Part shown: one piece after another, positions 21,059-30,555 of the stretch | Layout of the letters: the number at the start of each line of letters is the position of its first letter | Numbering within the stretch: the first letter of the stretch is position 1 | Source: an uncultured delta proteobacterium | GTDB taxonomy: Bacteria; Myxococcota_A; Polyangia; Polyangiales; Polyangiaceae | NCBI GenBank assembly: GCA_963716725.1 | Contig: CAVQUB010000015.1 | Span: 384,001-448,000, forward strand | Length of the DNA stretch: 64,000 nucleotides | Reading direction: 5' to 3' | The notes under the pieces: generated by a model | What the model was told of the DNA's origin: nothing | Database searches by the model: none | Seen by the model: the letters and a program-made list of their open reading frames with translations, nothing else | Program-made: the position numbers and the translations under genes

Positions 21059-21598
21059 TCAATCCGGTCCGTAGTCCACGCAGCCGTCGCCGTCACCGCC
21101 GGCGCCGTTGACCTGGCAGCCCGATCCCTGGGGCACGGGGCAAGCGATCTCGGGGCAGGCGACGCCCAGGTCGCAGCCCTTGGCGGTCCACTCGGCCTTC
21201 AGCGATTTGAGCTCCTGAAGCGGCGTGGTGTTGGTGGGATTGACGTAGGTGCTGCAGGGGCACGAAAGCTCGGTGTCGATGAGCTCGGTGCACTGGATGG
21301 CGTTGATCATCGCGTTGCACCCCTTGGCCTGGGTGAGATAGGCCGCGTACTTCGCGTCGAGCTCGGCGCATCCGGTGCCGCCAGTCGCGCCGGTGCCGGT
21401 GCCGCCAGTCGCGCCGGTGCCGGTGCCGCCAGTCGCGCCGGTGCCAGTGCCGCCAGTCGCGCCGGTGCCGGTGCCTCCGGTGCCTCCGGACGTGCTGCCT
21501 CCCGTTGCGGAGCCACCGGTGCCTCCGGTGCCGTCTTTCTCGGACTCGCCCCCGCAGGCGACGGCCAAGGCCAGGGTTGCCAGGAAGCGAAGTCTCAC
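21059..21598 (-). CDS. Hypothetical lipoprotein with GGTGTGAT repeats and Cys-rich C-terminus
   Basis: Lipobox LAVAC, 24-bp tandem repeats at about 21370-21480, and a Cys-rich C-terminal domain. Confidence 0.72.
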   Translation of the reverse strand: MRLRFLATLALAVACGGESEKDGTGGTGGSATGGSTSGGTGGTGTGATGGTGTGATGGTGTGATGGTGTGATGGTGCAELDAKYAAYLTQAKGCNAMINAIQCTELIDTELSCPCSTYVNPTNTTPLQELKSLKAEWTAKGCDLGVACPEIACPVPQGSGCQVNGAGGDGDGCVDYGPD

Positions 21599-21694
21599 GA
21601 ACCCATCATAGCTCGGGCCCGAGCAGCTTTCCTGCGGGATTTTTCCTGTTGATCGCAGGGGGGCCTGTGGTAAACACCGCGGGCTTACCGCTTC

Positions 21695-21770
<76 letters not shown>

Positions 21771-21800
21771 CTTCTTCCTTCGACATTACGCAGAGTTCCG

Positions 21801-21880
21801 AGCGCTGTGGTAGCGCTGTGGTAGCGCTGTAGCAGAAGGCCCGTGAGCCCCTGGCTTCGCGGGCCTTGCTACACCAGCGT
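21801..21880. repeat. 11-bp tandem repeat (AGCGCTGTGGT, about 3 copies) followed by a GC-rich hairpin, just downstream of tRNA-Asp
   Basis: agcgctgtggt-agcgctgtggt-agcgctgtag, then AAGGCCCG...CGGGCCTT, flanked by gtagc/gctac. Confidence 0.6.
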
Positions 21881-22291
21881 CTCGAGCGTGGTCGTGGTCG
21901 CGATCATCGGCGCCACCGTGGTCGTGTCCGACGGCCACGGGGAGCTGGATGAGCTTGCCGGTGATGGGCTCGATGCGGAGCTTGAGCACCTCCTCGCAGA
22001 GCAGCGCCCAGGGCAGCGTCCTCCGTTAGCGACCCGGCGCGGATGAGCGGATCGACGACGTAGATCGGCTCAACCAAGGGCGCGAAGATCGCCGCGGTGT
22101 CGAGCACCGCGAGCCGCTCGTGCTTGCGCCCCCTGCTCGACGCGGCGCCGGGGTCGTCGCTCTCGGGCGTGTAGCGGCGCGTCGGTGCGCAGTACGGGAT
22201 TCTCAGAAATCGCGACCGATGAGTGACCAAGTAGCGTTTTTCGCGTCTCGGTTTGCCGCCGTCACGCGGCGGGACGTGCGGCCTTGCGCGG

Positions 22292-22320
22292 TTGACAAGT
22301 GGTGTCACTATTGACACCAT
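22292..22320 (+). promoter_or_regulatory. hicAB promoter with overlapping palindromic operator
   Basis: TTGACA (22292-97), 17 nt, then CACCAT (22315-20). A perfect inverted repeat TGGTGTCA-CTAT-TGACACCA lies at 22300-22319. Confidence 0.7.
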
Positions 22321-22325
22321 GAACC

Positions 22326-22694
22326 GTGGCAAGCATCGACGACCTTCTGGACGAGATGCGAAGCAACCCCGGTGGGGTTCGGTTTGCCGACGCTTGCAAG
22401 GTAGTGACGAGCTATTTCGGCGAACCGAGGCAGGGCGGAACGAGCCACAAGGTCTGGAAGATGCATTGGGCAGGCGACCCTCGAGTCAACATGCAGCGCG
22501 CCGAATCTGGCAAAGCCAAAGCATACCAAGTTCGCCAAGCCGTCCAGGCCATCGACAGGCTGATTGCTGATCGTGCAGCCAGAGCCGCCCAGGTAGACGA
22601 ACACGATGAGAGGAACTTCGAAACGAAGCAGACCCAAGCGAGAAGAACCAAGGCGAAGGCCAAGACCAGAAGTACCAAGAAACGCCGGAGATAG
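22326..22694 (+). CDS. hicA: HicA-family toxin with a basic C-terminal extension
   Basis: NPGGVRFADACKV..YFGEPRQGGTSHKVWK..WAGDPRVN.Q...GKAKAYQVRQ, directly upstream of hicB. Confidence 0.85.
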   Translation: MASIDDLLDEMRSNPGGVRFADACKVVTSYFGEPRQGGTSHKVWKMHWAGDPRVNMQRAESGKAKAYQVRQAVQAIDRLIADRAARAAQVDEHDERNFETKQTQARRTKAKAKTRSTKKRRR

Positions 22695-22697
22695 GCC

Positions 22698-23036
22698 ATG
22701 TCCAAGAAAGTGCCTTTGAGCAAGAAATACACGTACCGCGTGGTGTGGTCCGAGGAAGACTCCGAGTTCGTTGGACTCTGCGGCGAGTTTCCAAGTCTGA
22801 GCTGGCTCGCAGCGTCTCCCGATGCTGCACTGAAAGGGATCATGAAGATTGTGGCAGATGTCGTGGCCGAAATGGCGGCGAGCGATGAGATGCCGCCGGA
22901 ACCCATCGCCACGCGTAACTACAGCGGCGAGTTCAAGCTTCGGGTCCCGCCGCTGTTGCACCGTGCCCTCGTGATGGAGGCCGCCGAAAACAACGTCTCT
23001 CTCAACCGGCTCGTGAACGCGAAGCTAGCAACGTGA
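22698..23036 (+). CDS. hicB: HicB-family antitoxin (C-terminal ribbon-helix-helix)
   Basis: YTYRVVWSEEDSEFVGLCGEFPSLSWLA...YSGEFKLRVPPLLHRAL..EAAENNVSLNRLVNAKL. Confidence 0.9.
   Translation: MSKKVPLSKKYTYRVVWSEEDSEFVGLCGEFPSLSWLAASPDAALKGIMKIVADVVAEMAASDEMPPEPIATRNYSGEFKLRVPPLLHRALVMEAAENNVSLNRLVNAKLAT
22968..23025 (+). repeat. Direct repeat copy 1 (3' end of hicB)
   Basis: 58 bp, 53/58 identical to 31938..31995 by manual alignment. Confidence 0.9.
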
Positions 23037-23039
23037 CCA

Positions 23040-23810
23040 TGCCTTGACCCTGGTCAGCGCTCGAGCTGAGCGAGCAACTCGAGCAGAACCACCCGAAGCC
23101 CCCGCACGCAACTCGCCATCGCAGCTCGAGCACGCGAGTTTCTCCCGACTGTCGCGTCGCACCACCACCTCAGCAGGGATGAGTTCGATCACCTCCGTCA
23201 CATCGTGGCCGATGCATTTGCGCTCGGCGCCGCACTTCGGGCAAGGCCGCTCTGTGGCAGGCACGGCGAGTGGATTGTTGATTCGACGCAGGTGCGCCGG
23301 CGGAGCGCGCCTTAGCGGCGGCTGCGTTCGCGGCTCCCGAGTCTCTTGGGTCCCCACGTCTCGCTGAGCGTGCTCATCGACACCGGCCGCGCTGCGCAGC
23401 CTGAGATTCGCCTCGTCAGGTTCCTTGTCCGTTCCGGCCGCGCTCTCTGCAGCAGTCGCGAGCGCGTCGAGAAACAACAGCAGCTGGTCACGTGAGAGCC
23501 CCTCGTTCTTCTTGCGGCGCCCGCCAATCTCGGCGAGCCGCTTTTCCACCTCGCTGTTCTGGGCGACGAGCTGTTCGAAAAGTGGACCACCTGGATTTTG
23601 CGGCCTTCAGCGAGCAACTCCTGGAGCACGTTACGCCGCCCGGAACACGCACGATCACCCCGAGTTCGCCGCTCTCCGCGTTCCCGACACGCACCGCCGC
23701 GGGCACGAGTCGCGCGAGCGCACGAACGGGCCGCCCCGGACCGCGCTTCGCCTCGGTCCCCAACCGGCGACGCCAGAAATACAGCCGCTGTGCATCGATC
23801 CCGGACACGC
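23040..23810 (-). mobile_element. IS66-family remnant (partial tnpA-like HTH plus N-terminal tnpC; tnpB and the catalytic domain are missing)
   Basis: IDAQRLYFWRRRL...VIVRVPGGV is tnpA-like. KKNEGLSRDQLLLFL...CPKCGAERKCIGHDVTEVIELIPAEVVVRRDSREKLACSSC is the TnpC leucine zipper plus zinc finger, then the gene is truncated. Confidence 0.8.
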
Positions 23811-23942
23811 GCGTCTTTGCCCTCGTAGCGGCTCTTCAGCATTGGGGACAGCAGGAAGCTCCGTCCGCCGGACGGTGACGGACGAAGCGGCGACACGGTC
23901 GGTGGGCGCGAGCGGACGGCCCTTGAACGCGTCGCCGTCGCC

Positions 23943-25667
23943 TCACAGCTGCGGACGCCAGGTGGCCAAGCCTTGCAATACCAAGACATCGACGTCGGAA
24001 CCGAACACGGTGTCGGCGTCCAGGGCGATGTTGAAGTGCCGCGACGGCGAGTACCAAACCGCCATGCCCACCAGGTGCTCGACAAATGCGCTGTCCGCCG
24101 CGGTGTAGCGCGTCACGGCCGGACGGTACCGCGCCGACAGGTCGAGCTTGCGATCGAGCAACTCCAGCCCCGGGCTGAGGGAGACCCCGACGTTGGTCAG
24201 CGCGGTGCTGCGCGCACCCGAGGCCCCGGCATCGACCCGCAGTGTGCCGACGATGTCGATCAGTCGCAGATGCGCGTAACCGCCGATGACGTCGGAATCC
24301 GTGCTCTGAGTGCGCGCGGCGTTCGCGCCAACGGACGCAGAAAGCTGGTCCAGCCGCACTCCCACCTCGCCACTGCCGTGCAGCGTCGCATCGCTGCCAA
24401 GACAAGCACTTGCAGCAGCCGCCGTGGGCCCGGAGACACACAACCATTCGGGCGGTAAGAAACTCGCCAGCCAATTCGAGCGCTCGGGGCGCTGCAAGCC
24501 TCCGCGCGCGGCGAACTCGAGGACGCCCGCGCGCACCGCTGCATCCGCACCCACGGAACTGAGCTCCGTAGTCTCCGCGGCCCAGGGATTGTCCGCGTCA
24601 AAGAACGACACCTCGGCGTGCGCGCCGAAGCGACCAAAGCCCGGCAGCAGGTCCAGGCTGGCGTTGACCCGACGTTCGTCGAGATTGCCCTCGAAGCGCG
24701 AAGCGTGTCCGCCGAGGATCAGCCGTGGGCGCCACTCTGCCTCGAGGTCTTCGAACGCGAACTCACCGCCGAAGCGCGCCGTGGCGGAGGGAACACCCGA
24801 GAGCGGCTCGGGGACCGCGCCACCGAAGGCGCTCACGGAGAGGCCGCCAGCCAGCGGTGCGCGCAGCTTCACGCCATCTAGGTTTCCCAGAAAGCTCGAC
24901 GCTTGGCGCAGGCGGCCGATACTTCCGAGGAACGAGCGTTCGCGCCCATAGGCCGCCTCTAGCCGCCGCACACGCAGGGCGGGGCGCGCGTCGTCCGCGC
25001 GGCGGTCCGAGAGATTGGGCGCGATCCAGGTCTGGCCGCTCACGTCGACGTCGATGGCGAAAGGAGCGGACACAAAGGGCTCGAAGTGCAACTGGCTGCG
25101 CAACTCCGCACGCCCGATCCCTGTTCCACGGTCACCGTTCGCGATGACGCCGTAGCCGTACGCGGAGAAGGTCACGCGGTTCCGACTCTCGTCTTGGATC
25201 AGACCCAGCGGCACCGGTTTGGGCGTCTGGTCGTCGGCTGGACGGCGCGCGTCCGACCACAAGCCTTGGTACGTCGCGACGCTCGGGGGCTTGGGCATGC
25301 GCTCAACTGCCGGTGCCTCCCGCCCGAGTTCGACGTTGGCCTTGCCCTTCGCACCGACGTCTAGGCTTGCGTTGCCAAGCGGCAGCACGGCGAAGGAAGC
25401 CGTCACGGCGATGACTTCGTAGTCGCTCCCACCAAATTGCACACTGTCGCCCACGTTCAGACCTTCGTCGCTTCCTGGGCTGACGTAGATTTTGCCGTCG
25501 GCCACATCCAGCACGGTGATCTTGAGAGTGACTCGCTTGCCGCTTTCGGACTTCTTGTCGACAGCCTTGTCCTTCCCATTGGCAGGCCGCTTCTTGGGCG
25601 CGGCGTCCACCGAGTTCGCCAGTGCCAGAAAGCCCAGCACGATACCAAAGCAGCGCCACGTTCTCAT
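23943..25667 (-). CDS. Putative outer-membrane beta-barrel protein with N-terminal periplasmic domain
   Basis: Signal peptide, about 400 C-terminal residues of alternating amphipathic beta-strands, and terminal strand LQGLATWRPQL. ATGA overlap with the upstream decaheme gene. Confidence 0.65.
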   Translation of the reverse strand: MRTWRCFGIVLGFLALANSVDAAPKKRPANGKDKAVDKKSESGKRVTLKITVLDVADGKIYVSPGSDEGLNVGDSVQFGGSDYEVIAVTASFAVLPLGNASLDVGAKGKANVELGREAPAVERMPKPPSVATYQGLWSDARRPADDQTPKPVPLGLIQDESRNRVTFSAYGYGVIANGDRGTGIGRAELRSQLHFEPFVSAPFAIDVDVSGQTWIAPNLSDRRADDARPALRVRRLEAAYGRERSFLGSIGRLRQASSFLGNLDGVKLRAPLAGGLSVSAFGGAVPEPLSGVPSATARFGGEFAFEDLEAEWRPRLILGGHASRFEGNLDERRVNASLDLLPGFGRFGAHAEVSFFDADNPWAAETTELSSVGADAAVRAGVLEFAARGGLQRPERSNWLASFLPPEWLCVSGPTAAAASACLGSDATLHGSGEVGVRLDQLSASVGANAARTQSTDSDVIGGYAHLRLIDIVGTLRVDAGASGARSTALTNVGVSLSPGLELLDRKLDLSARYRPAVTRYTAADSAFVEHLVGMAVWYSPSRHFNIALDADTVFGSDVDVLVLQGLATWRPQL

Positions 25668-26623
25668 CGCGCGCGTCCCCCGCGATGGCAGTGCACGCAG
25701 CGCTCGCGCACCGGCCCCAAGCGCTGATGCTGGCGGGCGATGCGCACTGGGTTGTGGTTGTGGCAACCCGTGCAGCGCACCAAGCGCGGCGCCTCCAGCG
25801 CGACATGGCAATCGCCGCACTCGAATCCGCGGTGCTTTCCGGTCCGGATCGGAAAGGAAAGTTCATGGCTGCGCGCGGCCAACGGACTCTGACTGAGGCG
25901 GAACTGAAAGCTTGCGGGAACGAAGGCCGGCGTCCACGCGGTGGCTCGATGGCATGTGGCACACTCTTTCGGAAACGGAGGCTGCCCCGCCGCGCCGACA
26001 TGCAATGGGTGGATGTCCGTGCGGCGATAGTCCGAAACGTGACATGCGTAGCAATCCGCGGGTGCGCCGGAAAACTGTCCCTGCGCGCTGCGCTGGTGGC
26101 ACTCGCTACAATCTACGAGCGCGTGCATGCCCGCGAGCGGAAGCCGCGTTCGCCGGTGTAGTTCGATAGCGCGCACGTCTCGAAAGCTGCGTGAGGAGTG
26201 ACAGCGATCGCAGCCTTGGCCGAGGCGACGGCGGTGCGAGTCTTCGTGACAGCCCACACATTCGCGAGTGATCTTGCGATCGCCAGTGTGGCACGCCGTG
26301 CACGCGGTTTGTCGGTGGCCTCCGCTCAGCGGAAACCCAGTGACCGAGTGGTCGAAGCCGCCGCCGCTGCTGCCGCTGGGCGTCAGCCGCCAACTGCTCG
26401 GTGTGTGGCAAGTGGAGCAATCCAGGCCCTTGGTGATCGACGCGCGGTGTGGGCTTTTCGCCTTCGCCTTCGGAGCCGCTGGCCTGGGCTCCTTGTTGGC
26501 CCCCGCTGGAGCGGAGCTGCCTCTTGCCGGGGTTTTCCCGGGCTTGTCGCCCGGCGCCGCGAGGGCGATTGCGGCGGCCAAGAACGACGCCAAGACCAGC
26601 AGGGACGACGGCGATCGGGTCAT
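25664..26623 (-). CDS. Decaheme c-type cytochrome
   Basis: Signal peptide, 10 CXXCH motifs (counted) and FDH..TGFPL.G.H repeats. Confidence 0.92.
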   Translation of the reverse strand: MTRSPSSLLVLASFLAAAIALAAPGDKPGKTPARGSSAPAGANKEPRPAAPKAKAKSPHRASITKGLDCSTCHTPSSWRLTPSGSSGGGFDHSVTGFPLSGGHRQTACTACHTGDRKITRECVGCHEDSHRRRLGQGCDRCHSSRSFRDVRAIELHRRTRLPLAGMHALVDCSECHQRSAQGQFSGAPADCYACHVSDYRRTDIHPLHVGAAGQPPFPKECATCHRATAWTPAFVPASFQFRLSQSPLAARSHELSFPIRTGKHRGFECGDCHVALEAPRLVRCTGCHNHNPVRIARQHQRLGPVRERCVHCHRGGRAR

Positions 26624-28416
26624 GGTTCGGCCTCGGCGTGCGGATCGGCGTGGCAGTCCTTGCAGGCGGAGTAGCCAAGGCGGTAGCGGCGAGCGCGCTT
26701 GCCCCCGCCGAGATCACGTTCCGCGTGGCACTTGGCGCAGTCTGAGCCCGCGTGACGTCCCTCCAAAGGGAATCCAGCGAGCGCGTCGTGACGGAACGCC
26801 TTGATCTTGAACCGGCTGGTGTCGTGACACACGGCACAACCCTTGACGGGTTTGCTCAGGCGGAACTGACCGAGATGCACGTCTTGGTGGCAGCCCGAGC
26901 ATGCGCGCGGCGTGCCACGGTAGCTACCGCCCTTGCCGTGTTTGCGATCGGCGGCACTTGGCGTGTGGCAGCGCGCGCAGGGGGCGCCCGCGTGGGCTCC
27001 CGTCAACGGCCAGCTTCGATGGTCGATTTTCGGGGTATGCCAGTCCAGCGGTGAGTGGCAGGCGGAGCAGCCGTCCTTCTTCATCTCTTTGGCGAACTGG
27101 CTGCCGTGCGGATTGTCGTGGCAAGACTCGCAGCGCGCGGACGTGCCACGCCAATCGAGTCGCTGGCCGCCCTTGGGATGTTTGTCGTGACAGCTGCCAC
27201 ACGGAACGGCAGCGTGGTGCCCCTCCAAAGGGAACTTCGTCGTGGCATGCGCCGGCACGCCGAAACTCGCCGGGCGGAAACCGCTGTCCGTATGGCACGC
27301 GGCGCACTCGCCGCCGTCGCGCTTGGCAAACGCGCCGAAGTGCACATCGTTGTGGCACTCGCGGCACTTGTCGAACTTCAGCTCGCGAAAGCGTTGTTGC
27401 GCCGGCTTGGTGGTCACGTGGCAGCCTTTGCAATCGGTCTCGAGGTGTTGGCCGCGGAGCTGAAACGGCGTCTTCTCGTGGGAATCAAGCCCGATCTTCC
27501 TGGATAGGCCAAGCCAGCGAATGCTGGCGTGGCAGCGCCCGCAGCTCTTGCCAAAGTCCGCTTCGTGAATGGGTTTGTGGCAGCTGACGCAGGCACGCCC
27601 CTTGGAAGGCGCCGTGTAGATCCCGCGATCGTGACAGCTACCGCAGCCAACCCGCGCATGTCCGTTGGCCAAGCTCAGCCCGGGGTGCGCTCCGGCTTTC
27701 ATCTGGATCTGCCGCCAGTTGTTCTCGTTGTGGCAGTTGGTGCACTCCTTCGAGAACCGACCCCCATGGGGATCCTTGTGGCACGAGGTGCAGCCGCCGA
27801 AATCCAGTCCCGCATAGCGAGGCGGCGAACCGTGGCAGTTGCCACACTCCGCCTTCGCGTGCGCACCGCGCAACGGGAACCTCGACTGTGCGTGGTTGAA
27901 ACTCTTGAGATTGACCTGTTTCCAGTTCGACTCGTTGTGACAGCCGAGGCAGTTTGTGCCAAAGCGAGTCTTGTGGGGATCCTTGTGGCAGCCAGTGCAC
28001 GCGGTCGCCGCGCCGATCCAGCTGCGGCTCTTGTGGCATTGGTTACACTTGGCCTTGCCGTGCTCCCCGCGCAGGGGCCAACCAGTCTGCCCGTGGTCAA
28101 AACCACTGGGGTTGAATCGCACCATGGCGAAGCCGCGCCCACGGTGGTCGGAATGGCATTTGGCGCAGGGTCCGGAGAACGCCCGCGTGTGCATGCCTTG
28201 ACCTGTAACGTTGCCGTGGCAGCTGTTGCAGAGCCCGTTCGACGTTCCACGCCCGGACGTGTGGCAGCGTCCGCAGTTCCCATCGCCTTCCAAGTCCGCA
28301 TGTGCGGCTGCCAGGGGTCCCGGTGCCATCAACTGTGCGCGCGCTCCGCCCGTCAGGCAGACCAGCGCGACCAGCGCGACCAGCGCGCGTAGGCTACGGC
28401 GCCACAGTCGGTGCAT
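26620..28416 (-). CDS. Large multiheme c-type cytochrome (23 CXXCH)
   Basis: Signal peptide (ARA-Q), 23 CXXCH motifs (counted) in tri-heme repeats, ATGA overlap with the next gene. Confidence 0.93.
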   Translation of the reverse strand: MHRLWRRSLRALVALVALVCLTGGARAQLMAPGPLAAAHADLEGDGNCGRCHTSGRGTSNGLCNSCHGNVTGQGMHTRAFSGPCAKCHSDHRGRGFAMVRFNPSGFDHGQTGWPLRGEHGKAKCNQCHKSRSWIGAATACTGCHKDPHKTRFGTNCLGCHNESNWKQVNLKSFNHAQSRFPLRGAHAKAECGNCHGSPPRYAGLDFGGCTSCHKDPHGGRFSKECTNCHNENNWRQIQMKAGAHPGLSLANGHARVGCGSCHDRGIYTAPSKGRACVSCHKPIHEADFGKSCGRCHASIRWLGLSRKIGLDSHEKTPFQLRGQHLETDCKGCHVTTKPAQQRFRELKFDKCRECHNDVHFGAFAKRDGGECAACHTDSGFRPASFGVPAHATTKFPLEGHHAAVPCGSCHDKHPKGGQRLDWRGTSARCESCHDNPHGSQFAKEMKKDGCSACHSPLDWHTPKIDHRSWPLTGAHAGAPCARCHTPSAADRKHGKGGSYRGTPRACSGCHQDVHLGQFRLSKPVKGCAVCHDTSRFKIKAFRHDALAGFPLEGRHAGSDCAKCHAERDLGGGKRARRYRLGYSACKDCHADPHAEAEP

Positions 28417-29290
28417 CGGAAAAGATCCAACGATAGCCGTAGTGCCAGGCCACGGCGATGTGCACGGTGACGAGCAGAATCATGATCACGGCGGCGAGAC
28501 GATGCACCGACCGCCAACCGCGCATGACGTTGCCCGCGGCCCGCGCGCGCACCTCCCCAAATACGAGCCGAATGGCGTCACTGACGTGAGCGTGCAGCAA
28601 CTGGAACTCGGCAGCGTGCTCACGACCATGGCCCTGCAGAGTCTCTTCGATGGCACGCCGGCGTCTGAAGGCCTCCGCTCGCCACTTGGGCAGCGCAATT
28701 AGCACCGCCAACAGCGATCTCCCGGGTGTCTCGATGCGATCGATGGCGTCGAGTCGCCGCCGGATCTCATCGCCGATCCCAGGTTGGATTCCGTTGAAGG
28801 TGCGGAGGTGGATCGCCAGCCGTTCCATATCCGGGCCCGTGGTGAACGCATGAATGAAGCGCCCCAACAGCCCCGTTAGAATCACAATGGCCAACGCCCA
28901 CATGGTGAAGGACGCGATGGGACTACGAAACTGAAACGCCGAGTGGAACAGCACCAGCAGCCCGCCGATGAGACCCGTCGTCGTGTGCAGGTTGAGCCAG
29001 GCGCGCAGGGATCCCACCGGGAGGGACGGAAACCGTCGCCGCACGATGTAGAGCAAGTTGGTGAAAATCAAGGTGGTGCCCACGATGCCGTAGCCGTGGC
29101 CCACGACTTCCCCTGGGCTCAGCAAGCGGAAGGCTTCGTGGTCGACCCGTTCACCAATGCCGAGGGGGTAAAAGCCTCCACCGTTCGCCCACATCGCGCC
29201 CGCGCTGCCCCCGAGCAAGAACACCAGGATCAGCCAGGGCAGGATGCTCTGGCCCCGGACGTCGGATTCGGTTGCGGAGCCCACGGCCAA
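28394..29290 (-). CDS. Inner-membrane protein, putative diheme cytochrome b-like (start uncertain)
   Basis: About 5 TM segments with paired His: WLNLH...LVLFH and WRSVH...LVTVH. Confidence 0.65.
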   Translation of the reverse strand: MAVGSATESDVRGQSILPWLILVFLLGGSAGAMWANGGGFYPLGIGERVDHEAFRLLSPGEVVGHGYGIVGTTLIFTNLLYIVRRRFPSLPVGSLRAWLNLHTTTGLIGGLLVLFHSAFQFRSPIASFTMWALAIVILTGLLGRFIHAFTTGPDMERLAIHLRTFNGIQPGIGDEIRRRLDAIDRIETPGRSLLAVLIALPKWRAEAFRRRRAIEETLQGHGREHAAEFQLLHAHVSDAIRLVFGEVRARAAGNVMRGWRSVHRLAAVIMILLVTVHIAVAWHYGYRWIFSDAPTVAP

Positions 29291-29392
29291 ATCGAGCGCA
29301 AATCCTTCGTCTTTGCAAGGGCTTCAAACGCAGGGCTCGGGCGCAGGCGGCGGCGCTTTTGCTTCGTACCCGCCTTGGCGTAGCATTCGGCG

Positions 29393-30511
29393 ATGGCGGA
29401 CGGAGGCGGCGCGTCCCGCGGAACCGGAGTGCTGATCATTGCCCTGGGAACCGCGTTCGGTGCGGGAGCCTGCGGCGACGTGCTCTCGGAACCGGGCGAG
29501 CAGCACGTTCAGGTGCGCGCTGGCGACTGCTACTCGTGCCACCAACCGGACTACGAGAACGCCGCGAACCCGCCCCATGTGAACGCCATGCCCACGGTGT
29601 GCGCCGCGTGTCATAGCCAGAGCGCCTGGGCGCCTGCGACCTTCGCGCACAGTTGGCCGATCGCGGGCGCGCACACCAAGCTCGCTTGCCAAACCTGTCA
29701 CACCGGAGCGCCGCCCAAGTATCAGGGAACGCCGACGGAATGTGTGGGCTGCCACCAACAGGACTACGATACGAGTGTCTACCCTGGCCACAACACGTTC
29801 CCGACGGCCTGCGCGACGTGTCATAGCCAAGAAGCTTGGAAGCCCGCGGCGTTCAATCACAAGTGGCCCATCCTCGGTGCGCACACCAAGGTCGCTTGCC
29901 AGAGTTGCCACACCGGCAACCCGCCGAAGTACCTTGGGACGCCGACGCTGTGTGTGGGCTGCCACCAAAAGGACTACGACTCGAGCCCGCACCCCGGGCA
30001 CAACACCTATCCCACTACGTGCGACTCGTGCCACAGTCAGTTGGGGTGGAAACCCGCATCGACCGTCGCCCACCCCTTCCCGCTGGACGGTGCGCATGCG
30101 ACGACTCCCTGCGCGAGCTGTCACGTCGGCAATCCAGCGGTGTACAAGGGCACGCCCAAGGACTGCTACAGCTGCCACACGGACGATTTCAACTCGAGTC
30201 CGTACCCGGGGCACAGCGGCTTCTCACACACTTGTAGCGGCTGCCATTCCACGACGGCATGGAAGCCCGCCACTGGGGGTTCTCATCCGGAAAACAAGTT
30301 CCCCATCAACAGTGGCAAGCACAAGAACATCAAGTGCGCCGACTGCCACGACGCCAGCCTCGGCCCCACCTCGAAGGCCAATACCGCGTGCGTCAGCAGC
30401 TGTCACACCAGCGCCGAAATGAACAACGTGCACAAAGGCGAGAACAAGTACCCCACCGGAACCAGCTCGTTGAATTTCTGTTTGGATTGCCACTCCGACG
30501 GAAGTAAGTAA
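29393..30511 (+). CDS. Multiheme c-type cytochrome lipoprotein (13 CXXCH plus 1 CX3CH)
   Basis: Lipobox AGAC, near-perfect internal repeats (H.WPI.GAH.K.AC..CH.G.PPKY.GTP..CVGCH..DY) and a CVSSCH variant. Confidence 0.92.
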   Translation: MADGGGASRGTGVLIIALGTAFGAGACGDVLSEPGEQHVQVRAGDCYSCHQPDYENAANPPHVNAMPTVCAACHSQSAWAPATFAHSWPIAGAHTKLACQTCHTGAPPKYQGTPTECVGCHQQDYDTSVYPGHNTFPTACATCHSQEAWKPAAFNHKWPILGAHTKVACQSCHTGNPPKYLGTPTLCVGCHQKDYDSSPHPGHNTYPTTCDSCHSQLGWKPASTVAHPFPLDGAHATTPCASCHVGNPAVYKGTPKDCYSCHTDDFNSSPYPGHSGFSHTCSGCHSTTAWKPATGGSHPENKFPINSGKHKNIKCADCHDASLGPTSKANTACVSSCHTSAEMNNVHKGENKYPTGTSSLNFCLDCHSDGSK

Positions 30512-30555
30512 GCCGGCGCCTGCGCGGGCGCGTCACCCGCTGAAGGAGTTCTCGA

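Noticed and set aside
23943..26623. Calling the barrel plus decaheme mtrB/mtrA
   Set aside because: The heme count fits, but the repeat motifs differ from what I recall of MtrA and the barrel is shorter than a typical MtrB. No symbol assigned.
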